The notes under the pieces are model-generated. The model ran no database searches, was not told where the DNA came from, and saw nothing but the letters and a program-made list of their open reading frames with translations. Of a stretch of DNA of 64,000 nt, positions 38,512-54,070 are shown one piece after another. The stretch's first letter is position 1; each line of letters opens with the position of its first letter. The position numbers and the translations under genes were made by a program. The DNA is from Eledone cirrhosa. Lineage: Eukaryota. Location of the stretch: the NCBI GenBank assembly GCA_964016885.1, contig OZ024744.1:88908001-88972000 (forward strand). The letters are read 5' to 3'.

Positions 38512-39880
38512 CTATGTCTTCCATATTGCTGTAGATTCTAATGTGTTTATTATCGGGGCTAACTTTTCTACGGATCGCATTGTACAGTATTTTGGTCACT
38601 ACATCATGCCTCATAGGTAGATAGTACCGCGATGACATCTTTGGACAGCTGCTGATGACATGGGTGACATCTTCGATGTTAATTCTACAGAGTCTGCACT
38701 TGTTGTCCCATCTAGGTGTTTTGCCTGCATCTCTATCTCTTTTGTGAATCAGGTATTTCGTGATGATTTCTTGTTCTTGGATTGCAAAAGCGTATCCTTC
38801 AAAGTGGGAGCCAATATAGCGGTTGTTGGTCCAAGATAGACTACTTTCTTTATGTATATTACTCTCACTCTGGAGCGTCTGGCAACATATCCATGCATGA
38901 CTTTTTGCTCATAAGCATGCAATTTTTCTACCCATGTATTCACTGCGGTACTGCTGGGCAATTTCCCTGGGTGTGAGTTTTTGATTGTCACGTAGGGAAT
39001 ATCTTTCAAGGAGTTCCTTCCCAACTCTCATGATCTTATCTGTCTCATGCAGATAGACTTGCTCGAGAGACGGGCTCCTACGCTTCGAGGTTCGTAGATG
39101 TTGTCGGAGGGATATGATGTGACATTCAAATGCTGTCTGGACTGATGTTAGGCCTCTGCCTCCCTGCTTACGATTCAAGTAGAGGCGGTCTATGTCACCT
39201 TTGATGTGGAAGTTTCCGGTGTTGTTTAGTATTTTTCGAGTTCTAACATCAATTGCTTGGATTTCGTCTATCGTCCAATTGAGTGCTCCAAATTTTGGTG
39301 TTAGGACAGGCACAACAAACACATTGTGAGCCACTGTTTTGTTGTGCGCAGAGAGTTCCGATGGCCATATTTTTCTTAATCGGGTGTAGTATTCCCTCGT
39401 TACGCGTTCCTTGTTACAGATACCATGATAGGTTATGTTCTTATCTATCCCCAGGTATCTGTAGCAGTCCTCATCAGATATCGGTGAAACAGTTAGGCCA
39501 TTGATGAACATGTTGTTAGATTCGGTTGTAGTTTTCCCCGCTTTACAGTCATGAAGGAGCATTTATCTTGGCCAAACTCCATTCCTATATCCTTTGAGAA
39601 TGTTGTAACCAGGTCAAGATTTTTCTTCATCCCATCTATGTTCTTCGCATAGAGTTTCAGATCATCCACAAAGAAATTATGGGTTAAGTTCCTATTTCTG
39701 TCTCACAGAGAGACTGTCTTCCTGAAATATACCCCTGTGATATTCTATTTTATCAGTGAAAATTGAGTCCCCCGTCTGTGTTTTTAAATTTAGGATAGTA
39801 GCCCAAGAAGAAGACAGTTTCTCTATGGTTCTGATAATAATGTCTGGGACTTTACTAAGTCGGAGGCCCTCTATCATCCA
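38512..39880 (-). pseudogene. Non-LTR retrotransposon of the RLE type (R4/Dong/NeSL-like): RT and Zn-knuckle fragment
   Basis: RGIFQEDSLS, HNFFVDDLKLYAKN, YRYLGI, DIDRLYLNRKQGGRGL, MHGY, AIQEQ, CRLC..EDVTHVISSCP..RHD; frameshifted. Confidence 0.88.
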
Positions 39881-40527
39881 AGATGTGTGTATTTATCCTT
39901 TTATGCTTGTATATATGTATCTATGTATGCATTTATGTATGCATGCATGTATGTATACATGTATGTATGTATGTACGTTTGTATGTATGTACGTTTGTAT
40001 GTACGTTTGTATGTTTGTATCTATGTACGTATGCATTTATGTTTGTATGCATGTATATATATATATATATTTGTATGTATGTATATGCGTGTGTGTACGC
40101 ATGTGTGTGTGTGTATGTATATATATATATATATATACACACATACATACACACACATATATATATACGAAGTAAATTCCTTTGTTCTGTCGTCAAGAGC
40201 CATTAACTTACAGACCCCTGCAAGTGGATTTTGTCGATTTCGGATTTACAGAAACCTAGCGGAGATGTTGTACGTTGTATGTGATGTGTATTGTATAGTA
40301 TACATTATGTGTTGCATGTAATGTCTACGCGATGGTCCAGGTTAGTCCAACATTTTTCCTGAGTTCAGTCTTTTTCGTCGCTATGTTCTCTGCGGCCAAA
40401 CTGTTAGTCGCTGTATTTGATTTGCAAAGCTGTCTAAACATAACGTTATAACTCTTAGCTGCACACCGAAACTGCATTCGTTAGCTTGGCTGCTACCAAA
40501 AGCTTCGTTGATGCTGTACTAAAATGT

Positions 40528-41107
<580 letters not shown>

Positions 41108-41494
41108 CAAGTATTGTGCCAAGAGTATGTATGTATAAAAAATATTCGACGTATGGTAGATGAAGTGTTAGTGGATTGTGGTGGCTAATGATAGTGATGT
41201 TACTATTGTTGTTATTTAGTACCAGTTATGCCTTCTAAATGGGCAGATACATGACCATAGTCATTCCAGTTGAGAACATTCCGTCCCAAGTACCTAGAAC
41301 TACGTTAATGAATATGACTTTTTCCAAACTGAGATTAGAGACAAATTGGGCTACGATTTCTAGCTGGTCATGAAACCACGTAAATCCAGCTATTTTCACA
41401 ACATATTTCTAATTAAAGCTTATGTTATGCGAACTGACTTAATATATTTAACAAACAGAATACTGGTGATATGTGAGAATTCTTTCCAAAATTA

Positions 41495-41680
41495 GCACAA
41501 GGCCAGCAATTTAGGCTGATTGAAAAGCCGAGTTCTTAACTGGTTCTTCATTTTATCGTCTCCGAAGGTTGAAAGGCTAAGTTTACCTTGACAATATTTG
41601 AACTCAGATCGTAGAAAGACGTAACTAAATGCTAAAAAACATTTTCTTGCCCGTGCTCTACCGATACTGTCACTCCACTG
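41495..41680 (-). mobile_element. Diverged OK-like SINE
   Basis: gcacaaggccagcaat...tttgaactcaga...ctctaccgatactg. Confidence 0.65.
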
Positions 41681-42251
41681 TTCTTAACTTAACCTTGATT
41701 TCGGCTGGATTTGAACACAGTGTGCATTGAGCTGCAACAAATACAACGAATACATTTTATTTAGATATTTTGTACAAAGATGGACTACAAGGTCTTACTA
41801 TAATATATTTACGTATTATAGCCGACAGTTAGAACACCTCTAAGCCAATCGCGAATAAAAACAATACCAGTAGACACTATCGATTGTAGGGGGTTGTGGG
41901 AGGTTCGAGTTTAAACTGTAATAGTAACCTGACACGGGACATAAAGCTAAGAATTTAAAGATCGAGTTTTATTCAAAATAGGGAGAGAACAGGAGAAAGA
42001 CAATGTAAAAAAAACAAAACAAGGGAAAGACAGACAGTCCCATCTCCCCAGTCAAACTGTGGAAATCACTACGGTTTCGGTGTATATCGACCTTAATGTG
42101 TTTGGCTTATGTCAGGCGCTGTGATCCCTTAAAAATTGTTTTCCGTTTTGTCTTGTTTCCGTTCATTGTCTTGTCCTTTCTTTGTTAATTTTCTACTAAT
42201 TTATCGACTAATGTGACTAACGTATTTATCTCTACTCCCCACATTTATTGT

Positions 42252-42284
<33 letters not shown>

Positions 42285-42367
42285 CAAAAAGTTATGATGC
42301 GAAAGGAGCTGTGTGGTTACTAAAAACCAGGTTTAGCATGGTGGTTAGGGCGGAACAGGAGGAGAAA

Positions 42368-42436
42368 GGAATTTCCATCGTCTGCTGTAAATGTATCCCG
42401 AACCGATGTTTCGGCGCTGAATTACAGGACATCGGT
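42368..42436 (-). ncRNA. Permuted hammerhead-like motif with core mutation (CAGACGA)
   Basis: Mirror of 43021-43089 with helices I and III intact. Confidence 0.45.
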
Positions 42437-43020
42437 GTAGTTAATCAGAAGGCCAGTGGAAAAGAGAGAGAAAGAGAGAAAAAAAGGAGAGAGAAAAGGA
42501 AAGAGAGGGAAAGGAGGAAGAACAGGGGAGGGGGGAGATGAGGAGAGAGGAAGAAGGGGAAAATAGGAAAGGAATAGAAGAAAAAAAGTGTACAGATCCC
42601 ATCGTGGGAAGACACAGGTGAAAGAAACATGCAAAAAAGTAACCGTGGTAAAATAGGGAAAGTAAGTTGTGGCCTACCTGGGAGACTTTAGCCTGGTGGT
42701 CAGCTACGACTCAGAGCTGGTATGATCGTGCTGCCTCTTGCATAGACAGGAGAAAGTGAGAGTGAGAGAGAGACACGGGCAACCAAAAGTGAGGAGGAGA
42801 AGGGAAAAGGAGATAATCCAGAAGGGTTTTTTTACGACGGTTGTAAAATCGTACGGCAAAGATTGCGGACAGAGAGGCCAGCACGGCACATGTACTCTCT
42901 CCTCATCTTTTCCCCCCTGTTCTTCCTCCTTTCCCTCTCTTTCTTTTTTTTTCTCTCTTTCTCTCTCCTTTTCCACTTGGCCTTTTGATTAAAAAAAAGC
43001 CTCGGGCGCACCCGAACTAC

Positions 43021-43089
43021 ACCGATGTCCTGTAATTCAGTGCCGAAACATCGGTTCGGGATACATTTACAGCTGACGATGGAAATTCC
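43021..43089 (+). ncRNA. Candidate non-circularly permuted hammerhead ribozyme
   Basis: accgatg-TC-ctgtaa-ttcagtgcc-GAAA-catcggt-tcgggatacat-ttacag-CTGACGA-t-ggaaattcc; 7-bp helix III plus A-U, GUC site, 6-bp helix I, 2-bp helix II. Confidence 0.62.
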
Positions 43090-43699
43090 TTTCTCCTCCT
43101 GTTCCATCCTAAAAACCATCCTAAACCCTATATATACGTTAACGAGGCTATCGGAATCAAAATCTGTATACCCCTGGCCACTCCAATTACGTACTTAATA
43201 AGACCTAAGATTTAAATGTGGGAACACATAAATCTGCAACCTATATATATATATGGGGGAAGGGTGGTAACTTAATCTGTCAACATTTTATCAATATTAC
43301 ATGACAATTGGATACATTTAACAGAGACCAAACTTTTGTAAGCATTCGGGTTAGATTTCCGGTTTTAAGGAAACTTTCGTCTCCCGCTTCCTCGGGATCG
43401 ACAAATGAAATAGCAACACGTGGTCATGCATTGGCCGAATTGTTAGGACGATGAATAGGATGATTTGGTGTACCTGTTCCGGCTCATTGATTTCTGAGTT
43501 TAAATTATGCCTAGAGGTTCATATCTCAATGGATTACCATGACTAATCCCTCGATAACAGAATCACATATAATTAGGAAGTTGCATTGAGTGTGGATGTG
43601 GATGACAATTGGGGGTCATCTGTACAGCAGTAGAACAATTATCATGAGAACGTGGATACGATACTAACCCACAAACGTCATCAGCACATTATTACGAAC

Positions 43700-44057
43700 T
43701 TTACTATCTGAGTTCAAATCCCGTCGGTGTTAGCGTTATTTTTTATCCTTACGGGGTCAGTAAAATAAAGTACCAGTAATGCACTGGAGCCGTTTCAATA
43801 GACTTTCCGTTTCCCTTCAAATTGCTGGCCTTGTGTAGAAACAATTATTATTAACCTCAACAAGGGCGGTGGATTGGCAGTATCGGTGGAGAGTCGGACG
43901 CCATGCTTTCCAGCATAGTTACGTCCCTTTACGATCTGAGTTCAAATCCCGCCGAGGTTGACTTTGCCTTTCATCCTTACGGGGGTCGATAAAATAAAGT
44001 ACCAGTAATACACTGGGTAATTTGCTGGCCTTGTGCCTAAAGTAGAAACAATTATTA
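43700..44057 (+). mobile_element. Two head-to-tail OK-like SINEs
   Basis: Copies at ~43700-43850 and ~43865-44057. Confidence 0.85.
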
Positions 44058-44338
44058 ACCTCAACATTACCATCATCAGTAGCAGTAACCCCAATTACTA
44101 ACATCACTCCGGACGTCACAATAACTCTACTATCCCTTCACCTTCACCTTCACCTTCACCATACCACCATCATCATCACTATGACGACAACCTAACCAAC
44201 ACCATCACCACATCAGTGAAACCTACTCCAGTATTTTTGGAAAGGCTAAAATGGAAGTTTTAGCTAGTAGCCATCAAAAACATATCATACACAGAAGAAA
44301 TGTGATGTGGTCAGTGTATGTATATGTGTGGGTAAGAA

Positions 44339-44407
<69 letters not shown>

Positions 44408-44705
44408 ACCTCAGTAAGTAAAGCGTGCATCAGTGTGTGTGTGAGTGTGTGTGTGTGTGTCTGTCTGTGTGTTTGTGTGTCTGGTCAAACTTAGTGCCGG
44501 CATTAAACTGATGGAAGATGACAGCGGTTGTCTGTCATGTGACAGTTTCGTACACCAAACACATACTCACACACATACATACATACATACGCGCGCGCAC
44601 ACACACATACATGCATACATATACGGAAATGCTTCTTTCAGTACACAAGTGCATCAACGCGCAAGCGTGAGTACAAACATTTTTAAGCAGAAATACTCGC
44701 AGTGA

Positions 44706-44745
<40 letters not shown>

Positions 44746-44861
44746 AGAGAGAGAGAGAGAGAGAGAGATATATATATATATAGTGCACGTATTAACGCGG
44801 GCACACACACGCATACATTCGTACATTCATATATATATTTAGACACACATACACTCTTGGA

Positions 44862-44950
<89 letters not shown>

Positions 44951-45017
44951 GCACACAGGTAAAAAGGCTCATTTGGGAAATATGAATGTGCTGAACATAG
45001 AATGACGTGCGATTGTG

Positions 45018-45088
<71 letters not shown>

Positions 45089-45249
45089 TATGTGTGTGTA
45101 TATATATATATATATACATATTTATATTTATATATATATATACACGTAAACACTTACCCTCATACATAGGCAGATATATGCACGCATACGTACAGTCAAA
45201 CGTGTATTAACATATACAAACATATAGACATACACATATTCATATATAC

Positions 45250-46176
45250 ATAAATACATACATTCATACATACCTACATACATACATACACACATACATA
45301 CATACATACATACATACATACATACATACATACATACATACATACATACATACATACATGCATACATACATACATACACACATACATACATATATATACG
45401 AGTGGAAATGTCCATTTGCTGGCAAATATTCGGTTATTTTTCTTAAAGTGAGAAGCAACGCACACGTTAACACATAAACGTTTTACATAGTAATTCTCTC
45501 TCTCTACGCACACATATACATACATACATACATAAATATATATATATACACACACACACATACATGCATATATACATACATATATACATACACACACACA
45601 AACATACACACATACATATATACATACATACACACATACAATGATACATACATACATATTTACATACATACACACACACAAGCATACATATAAACATATA
45701 TATATATATAGATGCAAACGTACATACATACGAACATACACACACACATACATACACACAAACATACATACATACATACATACATACATAGATATATACA
45801 TAAATACACTCGTACTTTCATACATACATATATACATACATATATAAACACACGCAAACATACATAAAAACATACACACAAACACACATACATACATGCA
45901 TACATATATACATACATATATACATACACACACACACATACATACATGCATACATATATACATACATATATACAAACACACACAAACATACATAGATACA
46001 AATATACCTACACACATACACAAACATATATACATGCATACATACATTACAAACATATATACATTACATACATACATATATATACATACACACACATACA
46101 TACATACATATATACATACATATATACACACACAAACATACATACATGCATACATACATTACATACATACATTACA

Positions 46177-46207
<31 letters not shown>

Positions 46208-46440
46208 CATACATTACATATATACATACATACATACATACATACATTACATATATACATACATATATATACACACACACAAACATACATAGATACAAAT
46301 ATACATACACACATACACAAACATGCATACATACATACATACATACATTACATACATACATAACATATATACATACATACATATACATACATATACATAC
46401 ATTACATACATACATTACATACATACATACATTACATACA

Positions 46441-46471
<31 letters not shown>

Positions 46472-46511
46472 CATTACATATATACACACATACATACATA
46501 CATTACATACA

Positions 46512-46542
<31 letters not shown>

Positions 46543-46548
46543 CATACA

Positions 46549-46579
<31 letters not shown>

Positions 46580-46640
46580 CATACATACATACATACATAC
46601 ATACATACATACATACATACATACATTACATACACACACA
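45250..46640. repeat. Degenerate (TACA)n / (TACAT)n field
   Basis: Direct reading. Confidence 0.95.
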
Positions 46641-47044
46641 ATACACAATAAATTCAGTGGAGCTATATATGACCACACAACAATTCACAAATGTATCATA
46701 TAAAGAAACCTGAAAGAAAGAAAGAAACAAACAAACAAAAAAAATAGCACTAAAAAACAACAACCCCCCAAAAAAAACAAAAAAAAAAACAAAAAAAATA
46801 AAAACAAAAACAAAAATAAAATAAAAATAAAAACAAAATACATGACAGCGTTCGTGAAGGATCGATCCGTGAAAATATCTGACGTTAACAGAAACACGCT
46901 ACTTGTGCCTACTTTTTGGCAACATTAGGAGCTTAGGGGGTCTTATCGAGTGTGTTTTTAACCGCTACCGACATACACGGCCTTCCCACCTTCATCAACC
47001 ACCCAAGTCATGCAGTTGTGCTACACTGAAACATACACACTCAT

Positions 47045-47642
<598 letters not shown>

Positions 47643-47876
47643 TATAATATGTATGTATGTATACACGCAAACAAAAATATAATTATAGATACCGTATATA
47701 AGAAAGAGGGAAGAGGTGGCGAAAAAGAATGAGAAAAAGAAAGAGAGAAAAAAGAAAGAGAGAAACAATATAACAACCCACAACAAGAACAACAACAACC
47801 AGCAAGCAATCAACAACAAATAAACAAAAAATATGTGCCTCTCTCTCTCTCTCCCCTCTCTCTCTCTCTCTCTCTC

Positions 47877-47926
<50 letters not shown>

Positions 47927-48249
47927 CTCTGGACATTGCTTGAAAGATGTAATATATAATAAGTGCTGTGGAAAAAGTCTGGCCTCTTGACAGGTCCAAG
48001 TAAGAAACACAAAACGAAAGGATAAAGAAATGAAAAAGAGAAACGGAATGTAAAAATGCTTAACAACAACAACAATAACAATAACAAGAACAACAACAAC
48101 AACAACAACAACAACATCAAGAATATCAACTAACAACGACAACAACAGCAACAACAACTACAAAAATCAACCAACAAACAAAAATAATAACTATGCAAAC
48201 ATTGAAATAAGTGCATTCATTCTGTTTATTATTTCCTCCTATCTCTAGG

Positions 48250-51200
48250 GTGGTGATTGGCAGAATCGTTAGAGCATCGGACAAAATGTTTTGTGTGGTT
48301 TTCTTTTTCCCCTTTTCTTTTCTTCTTCTCTTCTTTTTTTTTTTTTTGTTTTTTTTGTTTGGTTCGGCGGCGGCTTTTTATACCATTTCCTATTTTCCTA
48401 GTTCGAATCCCATCGAGGTGAAACTTTGCCTTTCATCCTTCCGAGATTGATAAAATAAAGTAGCAGTTAAGTACATTAAAGTCGATTTAATCGACATTAA
48501 ACCCCTTTCCACCAAAGTGCTGGCCTTGTGCCTAAATTAAAGAACAATAAGGGTGGCGAAATGGCAGAATCGTTAGCACGCCAGACAAAAAAGACTTTGC
48601 TTTATATTGTTACGATTGGTGTTGTACGTTCTGAGTTCAAACCCCAGGTGAAATCAGCTTTGCCTCTCATCTTTCAAGCGTCGATATATAATAAATAATG
48701 TACCAGTAAAATACTGGGGGAGGATGAGAGGGGTGGGGGGTTAATCAATTTTCCCCTCCCTTTCCAAAAATTACTCGCCTTGACCCTATGTTAGAAAACC
48801 TATGTTATTTTGCTGCTGTTGCTGTTGTTATTGTTAGTTGTTGATCATCGTTTTTTATCATCGTTATCGTTGTTGTTGTTGTTGTTGCAACTATGGCGGC
48901 GAATTGGTAGAAAGTAGAGCGTCGGACAAAATGCTTTGCAGTATTTAGTTATGGCCCTTTACATTCTGAGATCAAATCCTGCCGAGATTAGTTTTGCCTT
49001 TCATCCGTACGGGTTTCGATAAAATAAAGTAACAGGGGTCGATTTAATCGACTTTTCCCTCCCCCCAAAATTGCTGGACTTGTGCCTAAATCAGAAACCA
49101 TTATTATTATAACCGTTAGAGCGTCGGACACCTTGTTTTGCGGCAGAGAATTTCGGCCCTTTACGTTCTGAGTTCAAATCTCGCCGAGGTTTGCTTAACC
49201 TTTCATCCTTACAGGCTCAGTAAAATAAAGTACCAGTAATACACCGGGTCTATTTAATCGACTTTCCCCTCCCCTTCAAATTGCTGGCCTTGTGCCTTTA
49301 GTAGAAACAATTATTATTATTACTGATGTTAAATACTTGATAAGTTAAAGAAGAAAGTATACTGCTGGTTAAATATATTAAGTTAAACCACCACAGTAAT
49401 AAACCGGGGTCGATTTAATCGACTTTACCCTCACCCCAAAATAATTGGCATCGTGCCTAAATCAGAAAACCATTATTATCGATTTTAAATTAGAATTGGT
49501 AGAAGTGATAGTGTGGTGCCGAACAATATATTCTTTGATATTTACTTAGTTCTTTTTACATACTAATTCAAATTCCTCCAAGAGTTACTTAAATGTTCAT
49601 AATTTTAAATTCTATAAATTAAAGTACCAGTCATGTACTGTGGTCAAATCAATATACAGCCATTAAAAAACCCAGGCCCTGCTGCTCTTCGAGCGAAGAG
49701 GGTAAACACTCCAAATATCGGTCGCTCTCCGAAAGGTTTGCAGTCGAGCCCGTAGAAGTGGAGACTTCTGGTGTCCTTAGACCTAGGACCACCCCGTACT
49801 CAACACCATCGACACGGAGTTGACCACCCGCAGGTGTGAGCCTCGTGAGCTGGAATGGCTCTTCCAACACGTCTCGCTGACCATCATCTGGGGAAACACC
49901 TTCTCTATTCTGTCTGCCGGGCCCTCTATTCTGTCCGCTGGGCCCTCTATAGCCAGTGACAATGGAAGTTTGATTCCATTATGTTCAGACCTAATATATA
50001 TATAAGAATGTATTTATTTACCACATCAGTAATATGTAACTTAATACGAAACTACTAAACAATGTTCGTGGTCTGGTGTCTCTCTCAGAAACTATTGTGG
50101 ATTTTCAGATTTCTTAGAGCCTCGTATTTACAGCATTTGTCCTAATTCTTTACTTTCTGCGTTTAACCCCTACAGAGGTCAAATTTGCCTTTCATCCTTT
50201 CGAGGTCGATAAAATAAAGTACCCGTACTGCATTGGGGTCGATTTAGTTAATGTTCCTCCTCCACTCCAAAATTTCTGGCTGTGTGCCTCAATTAAAAAC
50301 CATGTAAATACTATCATGAAGTCTATTTTGCCTTATGCCATCCAAAGAATGATAAATTAAAGTACCAATCAAATTCTGAGGTTTATTTAAACGATATTTC
50401 CCAATATATGTCACATAGTGACTATAAACGAAATTAGTATTTATATAAGGCACAGGCGTGGGTATGTTGTTAAAAAATTCGCTTCGCAACAAGTTGATTT
50501 TATGTTCGGTTCCTCTGTGTTGGAACTTTGGTATGTATCTTCTACTGTAGGCTCGGGTTGACCAAAGCCATGATAGAGATATAGGTGTGTCCCAATATGT
50601 ATTTGCGTTTGGGCCATTTGTTAACCTATGCCCCGAAGTATATAGCTGGACAAATAGAAATAGAAATTGACAAAATAAGTACGATACTTGAACAATAAGT
50701 ACTGGGTGTCGATATGGTAGACTAAATCATACAAAGGTGTTGCTCTAGCATGGCCGCAGTTCAATGAAATCGGTAAAAGAATTAAAGAATAGAAGAATAA
50801 AAAGAAGTCTGTCTTAGCTTTCATCTTTCTGGAGCTTTTCATAATATAAGCAACCAGTAATGTACTGGGGTCGATTTAAAAACAAAAATGTGTAGTCCTT
50901 GTACCAAATTTAGAAATCGTGGATTACCAACGACTTTAGGGCGTTGGACAAAATACCTTTCGGTATCTATGTCGTCTCTTTACGTTCTGAATTCAAATCC
51001 CATGAAGGTCAACTTTTATTTCTCATCCTTTCAGACGTCGATACAATAAAATAAAGTACCAGTCAAGTACTGGGTCTATATAATCAACTTTCTCGACTCC
51101 TAAAATTATTGGCCTTGTATCTAAATTAAAATCAATCATTTTATGGCGGTGGTTTGGCAGTATCGGTAGAGCGTCGGACACCATGCTTTGCGGTATAGAG

Positions 51201-54002
51201 CTACAGCTCTTTACGTTCTGAGTTCAAATCCTGCCGAGATAAGCTTAGCCTTTCATCCTTACAGGCTCAGTAAAATAAAGTACCAGTAATGCACTGGGGG
51301 TCGATTTAATCGACTTACCCCAGCCCCCCAAAATTGCTCGACTTGTGCCTAAATCAGAAACCATTATTATTGTTACCGTTAGAGCGGCGGACACCTTGCT
51401 TTGCGGCAGAGAGTTACGGCCCTTTACGTTCTGAGTTCAAATCTCGCGGAGGTTTGCTTAACATTTCTTCCTTACAGGCCCAGTAAAATAAAGTACCAGT
51501 AATACACCGGGGTCGATTTAATCGACTTTCCCCTCCCCTCCATATTGCTGTCCTTGTACCTAAATTAGAATCATTTATCACTATTTCAATACTTCCGGAG
51601 TCACTAAAATAAAGTACCAATCAAGTTATTATATTGATATTGGTTCATTGTCTGCATTCTATCTCAAATGACTTTTGTTGTTGTTGTCGTCGTTGTTGTA
51701 AATGAAATAAATATTTATTCCCTTGCTAAAGATGATCAACAATAATGCTAATCACTAGATCTGAAAGATATAATAAATTGTTCATCATCATAATTATCAT
51801 TATCACCACCAACACCACCACCACCACCACCACCATCACCACCGTCGTCGTCATCATGGTTGTCATTGTCTTGTTTTTGTTGTTGTTGCTACTGTTGTTG
51901 ATGTTGTTGTTGTTGTTGTTGTTGTTGTTGCTGCTGCTGCTGCTGCCGCCGTCGTCGTTGTTGTTGTTGTTGTTGTTGCTGCTGTTGTTGTTTGCCCCCG
52001 TGTCAGTCTCGATTGAACTCATCTATAATGAAACGCCTTCAAACCTTAACCATTATGTCTGTTCTTGTCGGGTATTATCTACGTTTCTTTTACTGTTTTA
52101 TTTGTATTATTATCTTGGTGGCTTGGCAGTATCGGTAGAGGGTCGGACGCTATGCATTCCAGCATAGTTACGTCCCTTTGCGGTCTGAGTTCAAATCCCA
52201 CCGAGGTTAACTTTGCCTTTCATCCTTACCAGTAATGCACTGGGGAATTTGATGGCCTTGTGCCAAAAGTAGAAACAATTATTATCTTTTTTTTTATGAT
52301 AGAATGGAAGGGGTTTTCTTCTCTGAAGACCTTCTGTTGTCCAGCTCTATTCAGAGTTTCTTATCACTTAGATTGATACAGATTGATACAGTCGTTTCCA
52401 ATATTACTCCTACAAATAATTGGTTCTACGTTTGGTACAAGGCCAGTAAATTAACCAGAGTATTACTGGTACTTTATTTTATCGACCCCGTAAAGATGAA
52501 AGGCAAAGTTAACCTCGGCGATAACAAGACCATCATTATTATCGGGATTGGCAGTATCAGTAGAGGGTCGGACGCCATGTTTTGCAGCAAAGAGATACGG
52601 ACCTTTACAGTCTGAGTTCAAATCTCGCCGAGGTTAACTTTGCCTTTCATCCTTACGAGGTCGATAAAATAAAGTAATAGTAATATACTGGGATAATTGC
52701 TGGCCTTGTGCCAAAAGTAGAACAAATGATTATCCTTATTGATCTTGTTATTGAAGGTACGATACAACAATATACTGAATACGTTTTCCGATTTCAAGTT
52801 AACCATGTATCTGCCCACCGAATTTATTTATTTATTTATTATTATTATTATTTTTTTACTTTTCAGAGCTCAGGTTAGGACATTGTTTTTTACGGAAGAC
52901 CAGTAGCTAATATTCCAACAAATCTCCTCCTCTACATGCAATTGTTAGTGTCCCAATGAAGGCCAAGAAAGAAAGACGATGGCTGATACAGCTTGGCACC
53001 ATTGTCAAATGCAAAGTTAACCTCGGTGGGATTTCAACTCAGATCAAAAGTGTCTGTAACTCTATACTGCAAAGCATGGCGTCCGACGCTCTACCGATAC
53101 TGCCAATCCAATGAAAAGTATTTTGTCCAACGGTCTAACAATTCTGTCAATCCGCCGCTTGGGCTTGAACTTTTATTTCCTTTTATCGCACTCGGAAGAA
53201 TGATATACGAATATGATTTTAGTGGGATTTAAATACAGAACGCAAAGAGTCAAAGCAAAGAATTTTGTCCGACAAACTAAAAATTCTCCTATTTCAGTAT
53301 ATCTATGCTTTGAATTAAAATTACACCTGAGCCTTTTCTTATGAATATCATTCATGATAATAGTGGAAGCGCTTGGCCGAGTGGTAAGTGTGTTGGACTT
53401 ACGTCGAGCGTTCGATTTCTGGACAGGGTTCTGTGGTGCGTTCTTGAGCAAAACACTTTATTTAACGTTGTTCCAGTATACTCAGCTAATTATGACTACC
53501 AACAGTAGCTAGAGGGGTTAACCCTGTTATGGACTGGCGTCCTGTCAAGAGCGGTGGGGGTGGGGTGGTCATATACTCTCAGTCGCTTCTCGCCACGGAA
53601 ACCGATAGAAGCACCGGCCTGATGAGCCTCCAGGCTTGAGACAGACTTTAGACTTTAGTCTCTTTTAATAGGAGTCAATTTAATAGATTATTCATTTATA
53701 GATGCTTGATTCCTGATGGAGTTGTAGGTCCAACGCAGTGATATATAGCGTGTCTTGGGCACATTTTAAATCTGGTGAAGCCCATTTATTGTTCAGTTCT
53801 GAACACAGCCGATTTCTTCCTGAGAATGAGAGAAAGTGTGATATAGAGGAAACGAGACAAACGTATAGAACAAGAATCGACCCCAGTACTGAAATGAGAA
53901 TTTTTGTCGACCTCGAAAGTTGATATCAAAGGGTTTTGAACTCAAAGTGCAGAGAGGATACCATAAATCATTCTATCCGATGTTGTTACCACTCTGCCAA
54001 GA

Positions 54003-54070
<68 letters not shown>

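Larger units (their letters stand above)
42285..43128. mobile_element. Fold-back element in (TA)n carrying permuted hammerhead-like motifs
   Basis: Arms ~42328-42530 and ~42915-43128 are diverged reverse complements; extra tail 42285-42327 on the left arm. Confidence 0.8.

Noticed and set aside
40330-40480. Minus-strand peptide ...KKTELRKNVGL resembling an amino-acid transporter N-terminus
   Set aside because: Similarity is only a few residues, followed by a stop, with no downstream transmembrane exon found.
49665-49960. GC-rich island within the SINE field
   Set aside because: No recognisable protein motif, splice pattern or RNA fold; probably a retroelement fragment but unsupported.
53615-53645. 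CTGATGAG-cctccagg as a hammerhead
   Set aside because: No GAAA or helix I/III partner; part of the SINE 3' region.
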